Assembly: GCA_965112735.1 (NCBI GenBank)
Contig: OZ218963.1
Coordinates: 1,798,001-1,862,000, forward strand
Origin: Phaeosaccion multiseriatum
Lineage: Eukaryota > Protista > Ochrophyta, other classes
Length of the DNA: 64,000 nucleotides
Direction of reading: 5' to 3'
The position numbers and the translations under genes were made by a program. Positions 38,061 through 50,029 of this stretch are shown piece by piece. The notes beneath the pieces are model-generated. The model searched no databases, had not been told where the DNA came from, and saw nothing but the letters and a program-made list of their open reading frames with translations. Each line of letters opens with the position of its first letter. Position 1 is the first letter of the stretch.

Positions 38061-38726
38061 CTGTAGGGAGACGAGGAGACAGGAGACTTCCCGCCAGAGG
38101 TGGATTACAGCGAGTGGGCGGGTGGCTGGGGGGAAGAAGCGGTACATTAACCAGGCAAACAGGACAGTTTTAAGGGAGCCGCTGGAGCGGCTTCGTTTGT
38201 TTGGTGGTGCGTGGAGTACGAGTGGCTTGTGGCTTTGGCGAGGGGTTAGGCGCAAGGACGAAGAAGGCGTAGGAGAGAACCGAGAACCGAGGCAGAGAGG
38301 TCAAATCGGCTACATTTTTGTTTGTAAGTACAGGCAGGAGAAGTGGGGTGCGAGGTGGAGAGAACGGGCGGGGGGGGGGAGGAGGAAGGGGGGGAGGCGG
38401 TGTGAGTGGCGGCCAAGGCGGGGAAGGAGGGTCATGTGCGACAATCCAGCGGCCACCCCTGTGTGTAAGAGGAATGAGTGTTAAGTGATGCTTGCTTGGT
38501 CATTGTAGATACTGAGGCTGAGTGAAGCTTGTACGACCGACCCCTTTACGGTACGGAACGGAAAATGAAACAAATTGGGTTGGATGGCACTTGATGGCGG
38601 GCAGCGTTTGGCGCGTTCAAGCATGCCTTCTCCGCACATAGGCACGATGCCCCCGCGACTTACGAGCACGGGGAGGTTGTGAATTCAATCAGAGCAGCAG
38701 ACAAACGTCTCCTTGCCTGCACTCTA

Positions 38727-40716
38727 CTATCCGGTCAGCGCTACAGCTGCGGAGGAGGACGGGGCTACCGACGCCAGCACGAGCACACTGACGTCACCGT
38801 CTACCCCCCCTCCAGCGCCCCCACTCCTCAGTCGTGCTTGCCCTACTGCATGCTGCTGCGGGTGCGCCTCGACGTGTGCTTGCTCCTCCTCAGACGTCGT
38901 GGTCTTGTGCCGCGAGGCCGCCACGCTCTGCTGGACGCTTGCCAGACGAGCTTGGAGGAGCCTTTTGGCCTCTTGGCTTTCCGCAAAGCGACGACCCGAA
39001 TCCCGGCGATGCTCCTGTGTCGACTCTTCACTCACCCCACGGCCTGATCGCCCATCCCCCCTGATTCGAGCACCAGTGCCACCTGCTGCTCTCACAGCTG
39101 ATGCTCTCCCGGCTGTGGCTCCGCCTTCCTGCTTACTCCTCCTGCTGCTACTTTGCAGCCTCTTCATCTCATTGGTCTTCATCTGCAGCGCCACGCGTAA
39201 CTTGACGAGGTCTGCGTCTTTAGAGGCGAGAACGCGTTGGAACGTCGCCCTGTCTTTGCGGCGGGCTTCGCGCTCGCTCCTGAAAACCTCTCTACTTTCC
39301 TGACGCGTCCGCTCCGCCAGTGTGTCGCTGTGTTCAGCTGCATCCCCGCACTGCTGACTGCTCTCTTCCTGTCGCTCCTGTTGCTGCAGTCCGCTGCCGA
39401 CTGCGCTCCCTGCTGTTGCAGGTGCTGTTGCAGGAGCAGCGGCAGGTCTTCCAGCGGAAAGGGACGACGGAAGGGCGACTCTGACGTTGGGCATGGACAA
39501 CTGGCGGCTGATGGCACCTCCACTCCCCAGGGCCCCATCTATCCACCGCCCAGTTGTCGACATCTGAGACGGAGATGGGAGACCCAAGGGCAACAAACAT
39601 CCCACCGCAAGAGGTCAAAAGAACGGCTCGCTTCTTTGCAGAGGGAAAGTGGAAAGTGGAAAGGCCAGACAGAAGGAGGTGGAAAGAGGCGGAACGCCAC
39701 TTCCCAGCCAAAGCGATACTCACCGTGGGTGTATGATGGACGGAGCCAGCAGAAGCAACAACCCCGCAGTCTCGTAGACTCATCAGCGCATCTCTCTCCG
39801 CCTCCGCCGAGGAGAGGGAGCGTGTGACCCGGGCAAGGGCAGCCGATAGTTTTTCGATCTCCCCCTGTTTCTCTGCGAGGCTCTTCTCGGCCGCACTTGC
39901 TCGCTCTTGTGTGCGGTTGCACTGATCCACAAGTTGGCACATGTGCCGATTGGCCTCTGTCACGCAGTCCTGAGCCGCGTCCAGCTTGGCTCGAAGTATC
40001 TCCACCTGCGGGAGGAGCCATCGGCCGAGAGCCAGGGGAGGGGTTTAGACACCCCTCGCACTACGTAGCCACCATTATAGCCTACCTACCTTCGCTTTCT
40101 CAGCCTCTATTCTCTGCAAGGCCGTCTCGTTGGTGGTAAGAGAAAAGGTTCGCCCCATCTGCAGCAGCAAACGCTGCATCTCTCCCATCCCCATGCTATC
40201 GCCGCCCCCCTCGCCATCTGCCTCCACCTCGCTATCTGCATCCACCGCGATATCTTCTCGCCAATCCCCGTCACTTGTCACTCGCCCATCTGCTGCGGAT
40301 GATTGAGCCTGAGAGGACTGCGTCCCTTTTTCAGCCTTCGACGCAGTGCTTCTGCCCTTCCTCTGAGAGGCACGCCGTCCACGCCCCTCTCTACCTGCGT
40401 CTTTCACTTCCTCTCCAGAAGTTCTTCTTTCTTTCGCTCCTCTCCTATCTGGTGGTGACGTTCTCTCAGTTCTTTCGAGCTTTTCGGCTTCAGCATCCCT
40501 TTTCTTACTCTGTCTCCTTCCCGTCCTCCTTTTCCTCTTCTCCCTCTCGTCCTGCTTTCGGTCATCGCTCTGTTCAGACTTGTGCCCCCTGGTTGCCATC
40601 AAATCGTCCAGATTTAACGTCGCCACTGGCGTTGCACATCCGCTCGTGTCCTCTATCCTTCCTCCCTCATCCCGCTTCCGTCTTCTCTCTGACTTTCTAC
40701 GAGGCGAATCCTTCAT
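38727..40716 (-). CDS. Multi-exon coiled-coil protein of unknown function
   Basis: Three long charged/heptad ORF blocks (MKDSPRRK.., EILRAKLDAAQD.., REARRKDRATFQRVLASKDADLVKLR) with plausible splice sites. Confidence 0.55.
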
Positions 40717-40922
40717 CAAATTTTTGATCTTACAATGTACAAGGTGATGCTTCGGGCTGCGCCCTCGGCAGGGAGGAGGAGGAGGAGAGAAGAGGGTTGG
40801 AGTCGGCAAGAAGTGGGAGAGTGGGGGGGAGGAAGGTGAAAGGGGGAGGCGAGGCAGGAGGAGCAGGGACTCACAAATGGCGAGTGCAGGATGTGGAAAG
40901 ACTCAGAAAATCGGCTCCAGGC

Positions 40923-43871
40923 AGTTCTCTGTAGTCCGTATGTCTAATAGTACCGTGATGTGGGGCACCTGCCCCACGAAATTATGGTTTTGGATATTTT
41001 ATGGGCCACAAATGCTCGTTTTTCAAGTTTTTTATCCAATATTTTTTGGTTGTGGGGCATTCTCCCCCCCCTCCCCACATGGATTTTTATTCATTCACAG
41101 CATCAGCATATTTGCACAGGGCAGCTATGTAAGAGGAGCAGCGGCTGCGCGGACGATACCCGGCTGTAACAGCTGATGCCAGTGGTGGGAGGGGCATCTC
41201 CCACGTGAATTTGCAGGAGAACAGAGCATACCATGGCTGACGTCGCTGTTGCTACGGTTCCGGAAGCACCAGCAGCAGAGGGGGAAGAAGCACCGCTTAC
41301 TGCAGAGCAGCAGCAGATTCAGAACCTCCGAAACAACACCATCGCCCCACGCTCGAGAAGTGGATATGCATGCGCCTCCACCATGCTGATCCGATACCTC
41401 TTCCGCAAGCACCCGGAGCTACTGGACCCTGACTTCAGGACAGCATTTGCTCCACCGGAAGGGGAAGAGGAGGAAGACGGGGAAGATGGGGAAGAGGAGG
41501 AAGCACAGAGGAGAGCAGCAGCAGCCGCAGCAGCCGCCGCACCTGGCGGAGCGGGTGGTGCCACTGCAGCGGCACAGCAGACGCCGGCTGAGGTGTCGAG
41601 AGCAGCGAAAGCCCAAGCAAAGGCCAAGAAGAAGGCTGAGGCGCAGTGGACGAAGCGGGTGAAGGCACACTTGATCCAAGCACCTCGGGCGCCGCACCCT
41701 TTGCTGTTCCATCTGCTGACAGCCGACGCGTTCTTCGGGTGGCTGCTTGAAGTCAAGAAGGGGCCGAAGGGCTTATCCAAGGCCGGTGCACAGTCGAAAC
41801 GCTCTGCACTCTTCAATCTGTACAGAGACTACCATCAGGAGGAACAGCACCGCAAATTGCAAAGCGACCTTGCGACGCTGACCAAGGGGCTGAAGAGGAC
41901 GATCGCAGGAGAGAAGCAGGAGGGAAATGTCGAAGTCAGAGAAGGGAAGGCTCCCATGCCGTTCGCTCTCTACCGCGCTCTTGCCAAAGGTAAATTCCCA
42001 GCTGTGTGGAGTCAGTGGACAGTGGAAACTAGTGGAGTGGGTGGAGACAAGTGGCTGATGCATTGAATGCCCCCCACTCACTTCCTAGCCCTGACGCCGT
42101 CTTTGGTTGCCACTGTTTCCTTCGCTTGTGTACATCGCAGCAATGCTGAGCTCGGCAGTCTGTGAGAACGGGCACAGACAGGGCGCCTTTGGCCACCCCT
42201 TCCTCGTTCTCTCCTGGAATCTGATGTGCCGCGCCACCAACTGTGTGGAGATTTGTCTCGATCATCTCGAGTGGAAGGGGGACGCGCTCTGCGTCTATTT
42301 TGGGAAGCAAAAGGGCGATCAGCTGGGAGAGAAGGCCCGACATCCTCGCCACGTCTACGCGAATCCAATCATGCCGGAGATCTGCCCCGTCCTCGCGCTT
42401 GGTGTTTACCTCCTGAGCTTTGGTTTTGAGAAGAACGCGCTGTTCGCTGGCAACAATCAGTACGATAGGTATTGCGGCTTCCTCAGACGTACGGCGGCGG
42501 CGAACTCGTCCATTTTGGAAGGCATGGGGCTGACTCCAGAGGACCTCGGCACTCATTCTGGGCGCAAGGGCGCTGCCTCGCACGTCACAAGCGGCTCGTC
42601 CGCTGCTCCCAACCCAATTGCTGTGCAACTTCGAATGGGATGGTCTCTTCCCGGCGTGCAGGGCATCTACTTCAACCCCATCAATGCAGCAGATCAGTAT
42701 GTGGGCCGGGCTGCCTCCGGCGCGAACATCTCAGCGAAGGAGTTTGCATTGCTTCCTCCCTTTTTTCAGCGCCTCAAGGTGGACGGCACAGCGAAGGAGG
42801 GCATTGAAGACGTGCTCGCGGGAGCCATTGTGAGCTGCTTCAGGGACGTGCCGCTGAGATTGAGGAAGGTGGCTGAATTCTGTCTTGCCAGTGTGGTGTA
42901 CCACGCCGGCTTTCTGCGCAGCACTCTTCAGGAGAATCACCCTCTTTTCACGACACAGCTCTTCCGAGATCAAAGGTTGCTGGCGGACCTTTCAGAGCAT
43001 GTCGTGCTGAAGTATCCGGACGAGACGGACGAGATTTCTGCAACCGGGATTCCTCCCCACGTCGTGCAGCTGAGGCAATTCCAAGTCGTGGCGGACAGCG
43101 TGGCCTCTCTAGGCGGCAAGCTTGAGGTGTTGGGCCAGACGATCAAGGTCGACTTGGAGACGCTGATCCGTGACGTTCTGGAGGAGAATGCACAGGCCTC
43201 TGGCACTGTCACCAGTCTGGGTGTGAGCAGGGCCCTGCAGACGACCCTCGACGCAGCCTTTTCTAAGAGTGGGCTCAGCGACCTTCTCGCGGCTCACCAG
43301 GCAGGCACTCTGGGCCTTGGTGAGGGTTCGAGCAGCGCCCCGCCCTCTTCTTCTTGTGCAGGTGCAGATCAGCCACCTCTGTATCTCTACAACGGCCGGT
43401 GGCATACCCTTCCCGAGCACTTTGAGGTCCCTAGCTTCACTGTGCGCGCTGCTTGGGATGCTTGGATGACAGGCACTCCTCGCCTTCGAGAATTCACGAC
43501 AGCAGACGTGCAGGGGAGGGCGGAGAAGCGAAGGATGTCAAAATTTTGCTGTTTGATGGGTGCGATTGAATCCGCGGCGAAAGAAAAGGGGCTCTGGAAG
43601 GACAAGCCGACGCTTGAAGAAGCGCGAAGCATGTTTGACGCAGTCAAAGACGCCTTTGACATCAAGTCTCGTTCTGATTCTCACAAGCGCCGCTTCAATC
43701 AGCTGGTGTGGACCACCGTGTATAATTTATGGAGCGCGCAGCAGGCGGACGCGAAAAAACGGGCGAAGCGGGCGAGGGCGAAGGAAAGTGGCACTGGTGC
43801 AGACGAGTCGAAGGAGGGGGATGGAGGTGATAGCGGTGCAGAGGACGACGAGGAGGGAGGTGGCAGCAGCA

Positions 43872-43905
<34 letters not shown>

Positions 43906-44536
43906 AACAGGAGGAGGCGGAGCCGGAGGAGGACGAGGAGGAAGGGGTGGGGGAAGGGGGGCCCAAAAAAAACAGCGTACTGGTACTGGTACTGCTTCTG
44001 ATGCTGCTTCTGCTGCTGCCTCTGATGCGGCCGCTGCGGCCGCTACTGCCGCTGCTGCCGCGTCAGCAGCGCCGTCGTTGGGCGGCTTGAGAGAGGGAGA
44101 CATGGCCTTCACATGCTCGTATGGCTGTACTAAGCCCTCGCAAGTCAAGCTGTTCCTCTGCCCATCCGAAAGAGCGTGTGGAAACCTCGTGCACCACATG
44201 TGCACCGTCGAGTTTTGCGACAGCAAGGGTTTTGCGGAAGGCGATTTTGACTGCTACTGTAAGCCATGCATGATTGAGGACGGACACTAAGTGTGTCTGT
44301 AAATATGAATACCATTGTTATCGTGGTAATACCATTAAATCGTCATATCATAGCGTAGTATATTTTGGAGGAGGAGGGGAGAGATACACACACAAAAAAG
44401 GAGGGGGGGGGGGAGGGGCGCTACTGGTCCATATTGGGTACTGTACTAAAAATACCCACTTTTAAAAAAATTGGGTACTAAAAATACCCACTTTCACCGA
44501 GTGGGGCATCTCGCCCCACCAAAACCGGTCATCAAT
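40923..44536 (+). mobile_element. Crypton-type tyrosine-recombinase DNA transposon, nested in a MITE TIR
   Basis: Contains the recombinase ORF. Flanked by the two halves of the MITE TIR (tcggctccaggc 40911-40922; aggtttctcgggcc from 44537). Subterminal palindromes at 40960-40977 and 44501-44519. Confidence 0.8.
41233..44290 (+). CDS. Crypton tyrosine recombinase with GCR1_C-like region and C-terminal PHD-like finger (2 exons, 968 aa)
   Basis: Exons 41233-41989 and 42141-44290, phase-1 GT-AG intron, no internal stops. Catalytic set: R (WNLMCRATN), K (KQKGDQ), HxxR (GTHSGRKG), W (RMGW), Y (VQGIYF). Also RHVYANP..PEICPVLALG and a C-terminal C-x3-C-x10-C-x5-C-x4-H-x2-C-x18-C-x2-C motif. Confidence 0.9.
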
Positions 44537-44720
44537 AGGTTTCTCGGGCCGATAAAGCAGAAGCCTGCGGCGGCCTGCGGCCGAAAGTAAGAAGCCTGCG
44601 GCTGGCCTGCGGCCAGAAGCCTGCAGAAAGTAGCGAAAAGCCTGCCAAGTCCCCCATTTTTCTTCCAGCCTGCGAAGCCTGAAGCCTGGCCACTGCCTGG
44701 CCTGCGGCCAGAAGCCTGGC
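44537..44720. mobile_element. Second, interrupted and truncated copy of the 2404-2655 MITE
   Basis: Near-identical to 2417-2595. The outer part of its TIR is at 40911-40922; no right TIR was seen. Confidence 0.85.
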
Positions 44721-45068
44721 TGCGATGCGTCTCCGCACTTGAGCTGCTGGGCCTGCAGGTCATCCATGCAGGAAATCGGCTGCCGCGTGGAGGAAGTGGG
44801 TGGGAAGGCTGTTAGCCTCCGAGCCAGGGCAGTGGCGACCCTTCTCGAACTGCAACTCACCTGGTGGTCTGCTGCTCACTCCAACCCTCCTACAAGTGAC
44901 GTAGAAGATATGTGAAATATGAAGATATGAAGTGATGATGTATTGATAGACGCGCTACTGTCCTACTCCACCCCTTCACTTATTTCTTGTCCTGACACTT
45001 ATCCTAGTGCCTTGCCTGTCCCTTTGCCTTTGTTCCTTCCCTTGCCCTGTCTCGCCTACTTGCCACAC

Positions 45069-45387
45069 CACGGCCTCGTCACTGAATCCCTCCCACTGTC
45101 CCGAATCTGACCAAAATAGACGTCCTCGATATCCAATGTCGATGTCCTGCCTCTATAGAGGCCTACCGCTCACTCCAAGATAGAAATTCCTTGTCCTTAC
45201 ACTTGCCTCCATGTCCGGTGTGTCCTTGTCCATATCACTTTTGCCTCCTGCACGGCCTTGTCACTTCCCTTTGCCCCCTACACGGCCTCATCCCTTTGCC
45301 CCCACACGGCCTCGTCACTGAATCCCTCCCACTGCCCCGAATCTGACCAAAATAGACGTCCTCGATATCCAATGTCGATGTCCTGCC
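45069..45387 (+). repeat. 83-bp direct repeat pair
   Basis: 45069-45151 and 45305-45387 differ at one base. Confidence 0.9.
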
Positions 45388-46602
45388 CATACACTAACAA
45401 GGCGAAAGACTCGAAGTCTGCAGGAGAGAAGACAGAGGAGGGGAAGGAGAAGAGGAGGCTGCAGGAGAGAAGACAGACGAAGAGAATTCATGGGCGTGAC
45501 AGAGAAGACAAAAAAAAGAAAAGAAAAAAAGGCACAGCGTGTGCTGGTCCGAAGGGAGGTGAAAAGTTATCTTCAAGCGGAGTTTCCCGCACGAAGGGGG
45601 CGCCCAGCGTGCTGGAGGAGGTACCGGGGAGCCTGTACTACAGGAAAAGGCAGTGGGGAGCCGGTCCGGAGGAAAATCGTAGAGGCATATGGTTAGAGCG
45701 CTGAGCGTGCAGTATTTTGGACATGGGAGAGGAAGGGAGAAAGGGCGGTACTTTGTTGGCACAATAGGAATCACCTAAGAAACTGAAAGTGTGATTGTGA
45801 GTGTGTGAGTGTGTGTGCGTGTGTGTTATCTTGAGGGCTATCTCTGGCTGGAAGAAGTTTTTAGTCCCCGAGGTCGTTTCCCATCGGAACAACAACAGTT
45901 GATGCCGACCAGAACCCGGCGGCGAATCGATCTCTCTTGGCGGGCCCGCTGGAGCGCCACAGCCAAGCGCCTCCGAATGACACAAACAGCTCGTGCATAA
46001 GCCCTCATGTTCGATCATGTTCACGGCGTTCGTGCTTCGTGCCCCAGCCATGTGGGTGGCGAGTGTTTTGATAAACACCTGACTTCTTGAAGGACCAAAT
46101 ACCCCTTGCTGTTCCATCCCTTCATGTTCACCGTCCGTGAGGTGGAGTGCTCTCCTGGCTGCCTTCTTGGTCGGCCGAAGAAGGAGCCACGCACCACCAG
46201 CCCCCTTCACGCTTTGGCTGAGGGCCCTGGCCAGGCCCTTCTCCCGTCCGTCCTGCGCTGGGATCGCTTTCAGGCGTTCCAGAAAGTCTGTCCTCGCCTT
46301 CGACGTGAGGAGCTCGGTCAAGCGCTTCTACACCCCTCGCCTTTCCCCCTGTCGGCTCTGTGGGATGGGAGGGTCCACCCCCGTCCAACATCTTCGTCTC
46401 CTCGGTCCGCCAGTGTTTTGGCATCATCATCAGCTCCTAGTTCCTCTTCATGCTCACCCCCTGGGTCTTCGTCACTCCCACCCCCTGGGTCTGCGCATGT
46501 TGGTGGTATGAAACCCTCCTACACACACACTTCGACACACTGGAACACACTTCCCGTTTCAGTTTACAAGAAAATGCCTCCTCCTTTACACTTACACGTT
46601 AG

Positions 46603-49600
46603 CTACATCATTTCCAGGCCTCCCTCTTCCGGTTGTGAGACGCTGGCCCCTCCTGCTCCTGATGGTGCTGTTGCTCCTGCCCCTTCTCCCCATTCCGGAG
46701 ACTCTACTTTGCTCACCACCCCACCCGCTTCTCCTCCTTCTCCTCCTCCCGCTGCTGCTGATGATGACAATGACGAGGAGGGGACAGTGACGGGCGAGTA
46801 CCCGTTTCCATTCCCATCCCGCTCCGCCGTGCCAGTGCCAGACCGTCCTAGCTGCCGATGATCGTCTTCCCCAACGATCCCTCCTGAAGCTATGAGACGC
46901 GTAAACTGTGCCCCAATGTCGAGAGAAATGATGAGCAGCACGCAGGCCACTGCGAACGAGGCCAGCGAGCCGTAAGTCAACAGAACCTTGGGGTTGCGAC
47001 GGGTGGACTCGGTGATGAACGATCCGAGGCCTGCAGGGTTGAATTGAACACAACGCAAAAGGGAGGGCCACGATTAGGCACACGACAGAAGGAGCAATCC
47101 GGAGCCGTGGAAGGTTGAGGCGCGTCCGTACCTTTGGCGCATCTCGCTCCAAAGACGTCAATCCAGCCCTTGGCCTTGAACTTGACGGCCTGCGTCGTGG
47201 GGAGGTACAACATCTCCTTACAGGGCTCATTTAAGGAGTACGTGAGCGCCTATTCCATCAATCGACACAAATGTGAATGCGTGGGGCAGTCGTGGAGAGA
47301 AGAGAGGGAGAGGGGGCAGGGAGAAACAGAGTATGCGTGAGAGAGAAGCGCTAGGAAACGAGACGCAGTAAGCTGCGGGAAATACACTGCACGTCTGCTG
47401 TCTTCGCACCCCCAACACACTGCACGTCTGCTATCTTCGCACCCCCCCCCTTCTGCCTTGGGCCTTGGAGGACTCTCGAGAGGGCACGGTCCACGCTGGC
47501 AAGTGAGAGACTCTCCGCTGGAAGCATCAGGCGTCGCACTCTGCTGCCGACCTTGCAAATAGCGGGACACGGCAAGGACGGGATAACCCAACCACTCTCT
47601 GCTCGGGCTCCCGATGGAATGGACAGGACTCAATCAAGGCCTGCTCTGCTGTACGATGCCTCTTCTCTCTTGATACACACAAACACACACAATGCACTCC
47701 TCACCTTGAGCACCGAGACACACACGAAGAACATCCACAGCTTAGGCTGGAAGTAGCTGAACACCACGGCCACTATGAGCAGCGTGGGGAACAACCGCAA
47801 CGTCCGTTGTACACCGAATCTTCGCACCACGTAGCTGTTCACGGTGACCACGTTCAGCGTCCGTGTTAGCACAGAGGGTGGGTAGGGCAGGGAGATAGAG
47901 CAGACACGTGAGATTCAGCAGACCACAAGCAGCAGCAGAAGGGGTGGTTGGCACGCCAACAGGCGCAAGCAATCATACTACCAAAGTGTAAGGTGTGACG
48001 CATCAAGTGCCCCTGTGCACATCCACCCATCCACATCGGACCCACTGACTTCACACACCACCCACGCCAACCTCCGTACCTCGTTCCGAAGAGGGAGAAG
48101 AGAAGCGAGAGGGAGTTGGTGGCCTGCCCGAACCTACCCATGAGGGTCGCAAAGCCTTCATCCGCCTCGTCCGAGGCGTCCATGGTTCGGAAAGTGGCCA
48201 CCCCGATAACTTTCATCTCATAGTCCAGCACGGTTAGCACCACCTCGTACAGGCAGGAAATGCCGAGCAAGAGCAGTAGATACTGGTTCCCGATCACCAT
48301 CTTGAGCCCCTCCATGGCGCTCTCCCACACGCCGGACGGACTGATGATACTGACACTGCTCGTACTCCTCGCTGTCTCCCCCCGTACTGCTGTTGTTACC
48401 CCCTCCATGTCCCCTCCTTGTTCTTCTTGTTCTCGATTGCTGTCGAACAGCCTGACATACCCCCAGACAAGAGCCATCATGAGGCAAGGGGACAGGCACC
48501 CTCCCATATAGAGCTGATAGACGTGAATGTCCTTGCTCTGCATTGTGTGGTTGTTGTTGTGGGTGGCGAATTCAGCGGTCGGTCACGGAGCACACACAAG
48601 AGGGTGAGAGCGGTGGAGAGTCGTCAAGGGAAGGGGTCGGCCGACGACCACTGAAGAGAGCTCAACTAGTCACAGCAACAGGGAGTGGAAAAGGGGCGGT
48701 ATATAGGGGGAGGGGGGGGGAATGGCAACACCTGCGTGGTCAGAGTTGCACCAGTGGAGCCCAGGATAGCTCCTATCTGCGCCCCCGCTATGATGAGTCC
48801 GTAGCTGGACTTTGCCTCGGAGAGATTCACGCTCGAATTGCAAAAGGCCCAAAACAGAGCCACCGCCAGGGACCCATAGCTCTCGATAGCCACGTAGCTC
48901 ACCCACCCTGCGCATGTATATACAGACAGATGAGGCAGACGTGGGGACGGCGGCAGGCACGCGTTAAGTTTAGAAGGAGGAGGAGGAGGAGGATAAGTCT
49001 ACCATGATCGATTACCTATGAGACGAGAAGGATGGGAGTCTGCATTCTCCATGCCAATACTCGTGCCCAGCAGTGCCCCCACACAAGCAAACACCACGGT
49101 GTAAAAGGCGCCAATGACGTAGAACAGCTGTGGAACATAGTAAGGTAGGGCGTTGTGCGAGAAACAAATGAGTTCAAGAGAGGACACGGAACTTGATTAT
49201 CGTAAGCATGGCTCTGACCAGCGGCGCTCCCCTCTACCTCGCACGTACCACCGGTTTGGCCACTGTATCAATGAGCTTATTGTACTGCAACACGAGGAGG
49301 AAGGTGATGAGCACAGAGATGAGCTTCGCCCTAGGCTGGTACTCCATCCCTACGGTACGCTCGAGAACCGTGTCTTTGAGTGAGTCCAGCAGCCAGAAGC
49401 CCCCGATGATCACGAAGAGGGTCATGGATAACTGAGGGACGCAGGACGAACAGCAGCAGTAGGTACAGAGGTTCAACGAAACATCAGCGATTTTTTTACC
49501 CCTTCCCTCTCACTCACCCATCCTATTCTCCAAATATCCCCTCTGTCGAGATCGCCGTACAGGGCGTGGACCCAGCGATCGAAGGTCCCCAAATCTGCTG

Positions 49601-49889
49601 CTGCTAACCCGTTCCCTTGTCCATTGCCACCACCTGCACCCAAATAGTGATGCACTTTCCCCCCACCCTCTTCTCCTTTTCCTCCCGTCTTCTGGCTCCT
49701 TCTCAAAGCGTCGTCGTCCTCCGTTCGCTCCCCTTCCACCAGCAAAGGCTGTGCCTGTTCTTCCATTGCGTTGTGCGCGTTCTGCGCGTCGGCGTACATC
49801 AAATGGTGGCACTCCTCTTCCTCCTCCTCCTTCTCCTGCTGCTGCTGCTGCTGCTGCTGCCGGGGCTGCTTCCGTTTCTTCCCCCGCAT
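46603..49889 (-). CDS. TLC/NTT-family (ATP/ADP or nucleotide) MFS transporter, multi-exon; start uncertain
   Basis: [88 protein letters not shown]. Confidence 0.88.
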
Positions 49890-50029
49890 CGGCTCTACTG
49901 TGCCTCCTTGTTCGACCCCCCTGTTCTCTCGAGCACGACAAGGCCCCCGAGAGGGAAAGGCAGCGCTGCTGAGGTCATTGACAACAAGGATGGGCTGGCC
50001 AGAAGGGAAAAAAAAGGAAAAGGAGGAAT

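Noticed and set aside
40983-44433. TATGG as the terminal direct repeat of the Crypton
   Set aside because: It is present near the left end but only in inverted form (CCATA, 44429) near the right end, so it does not define the termini.
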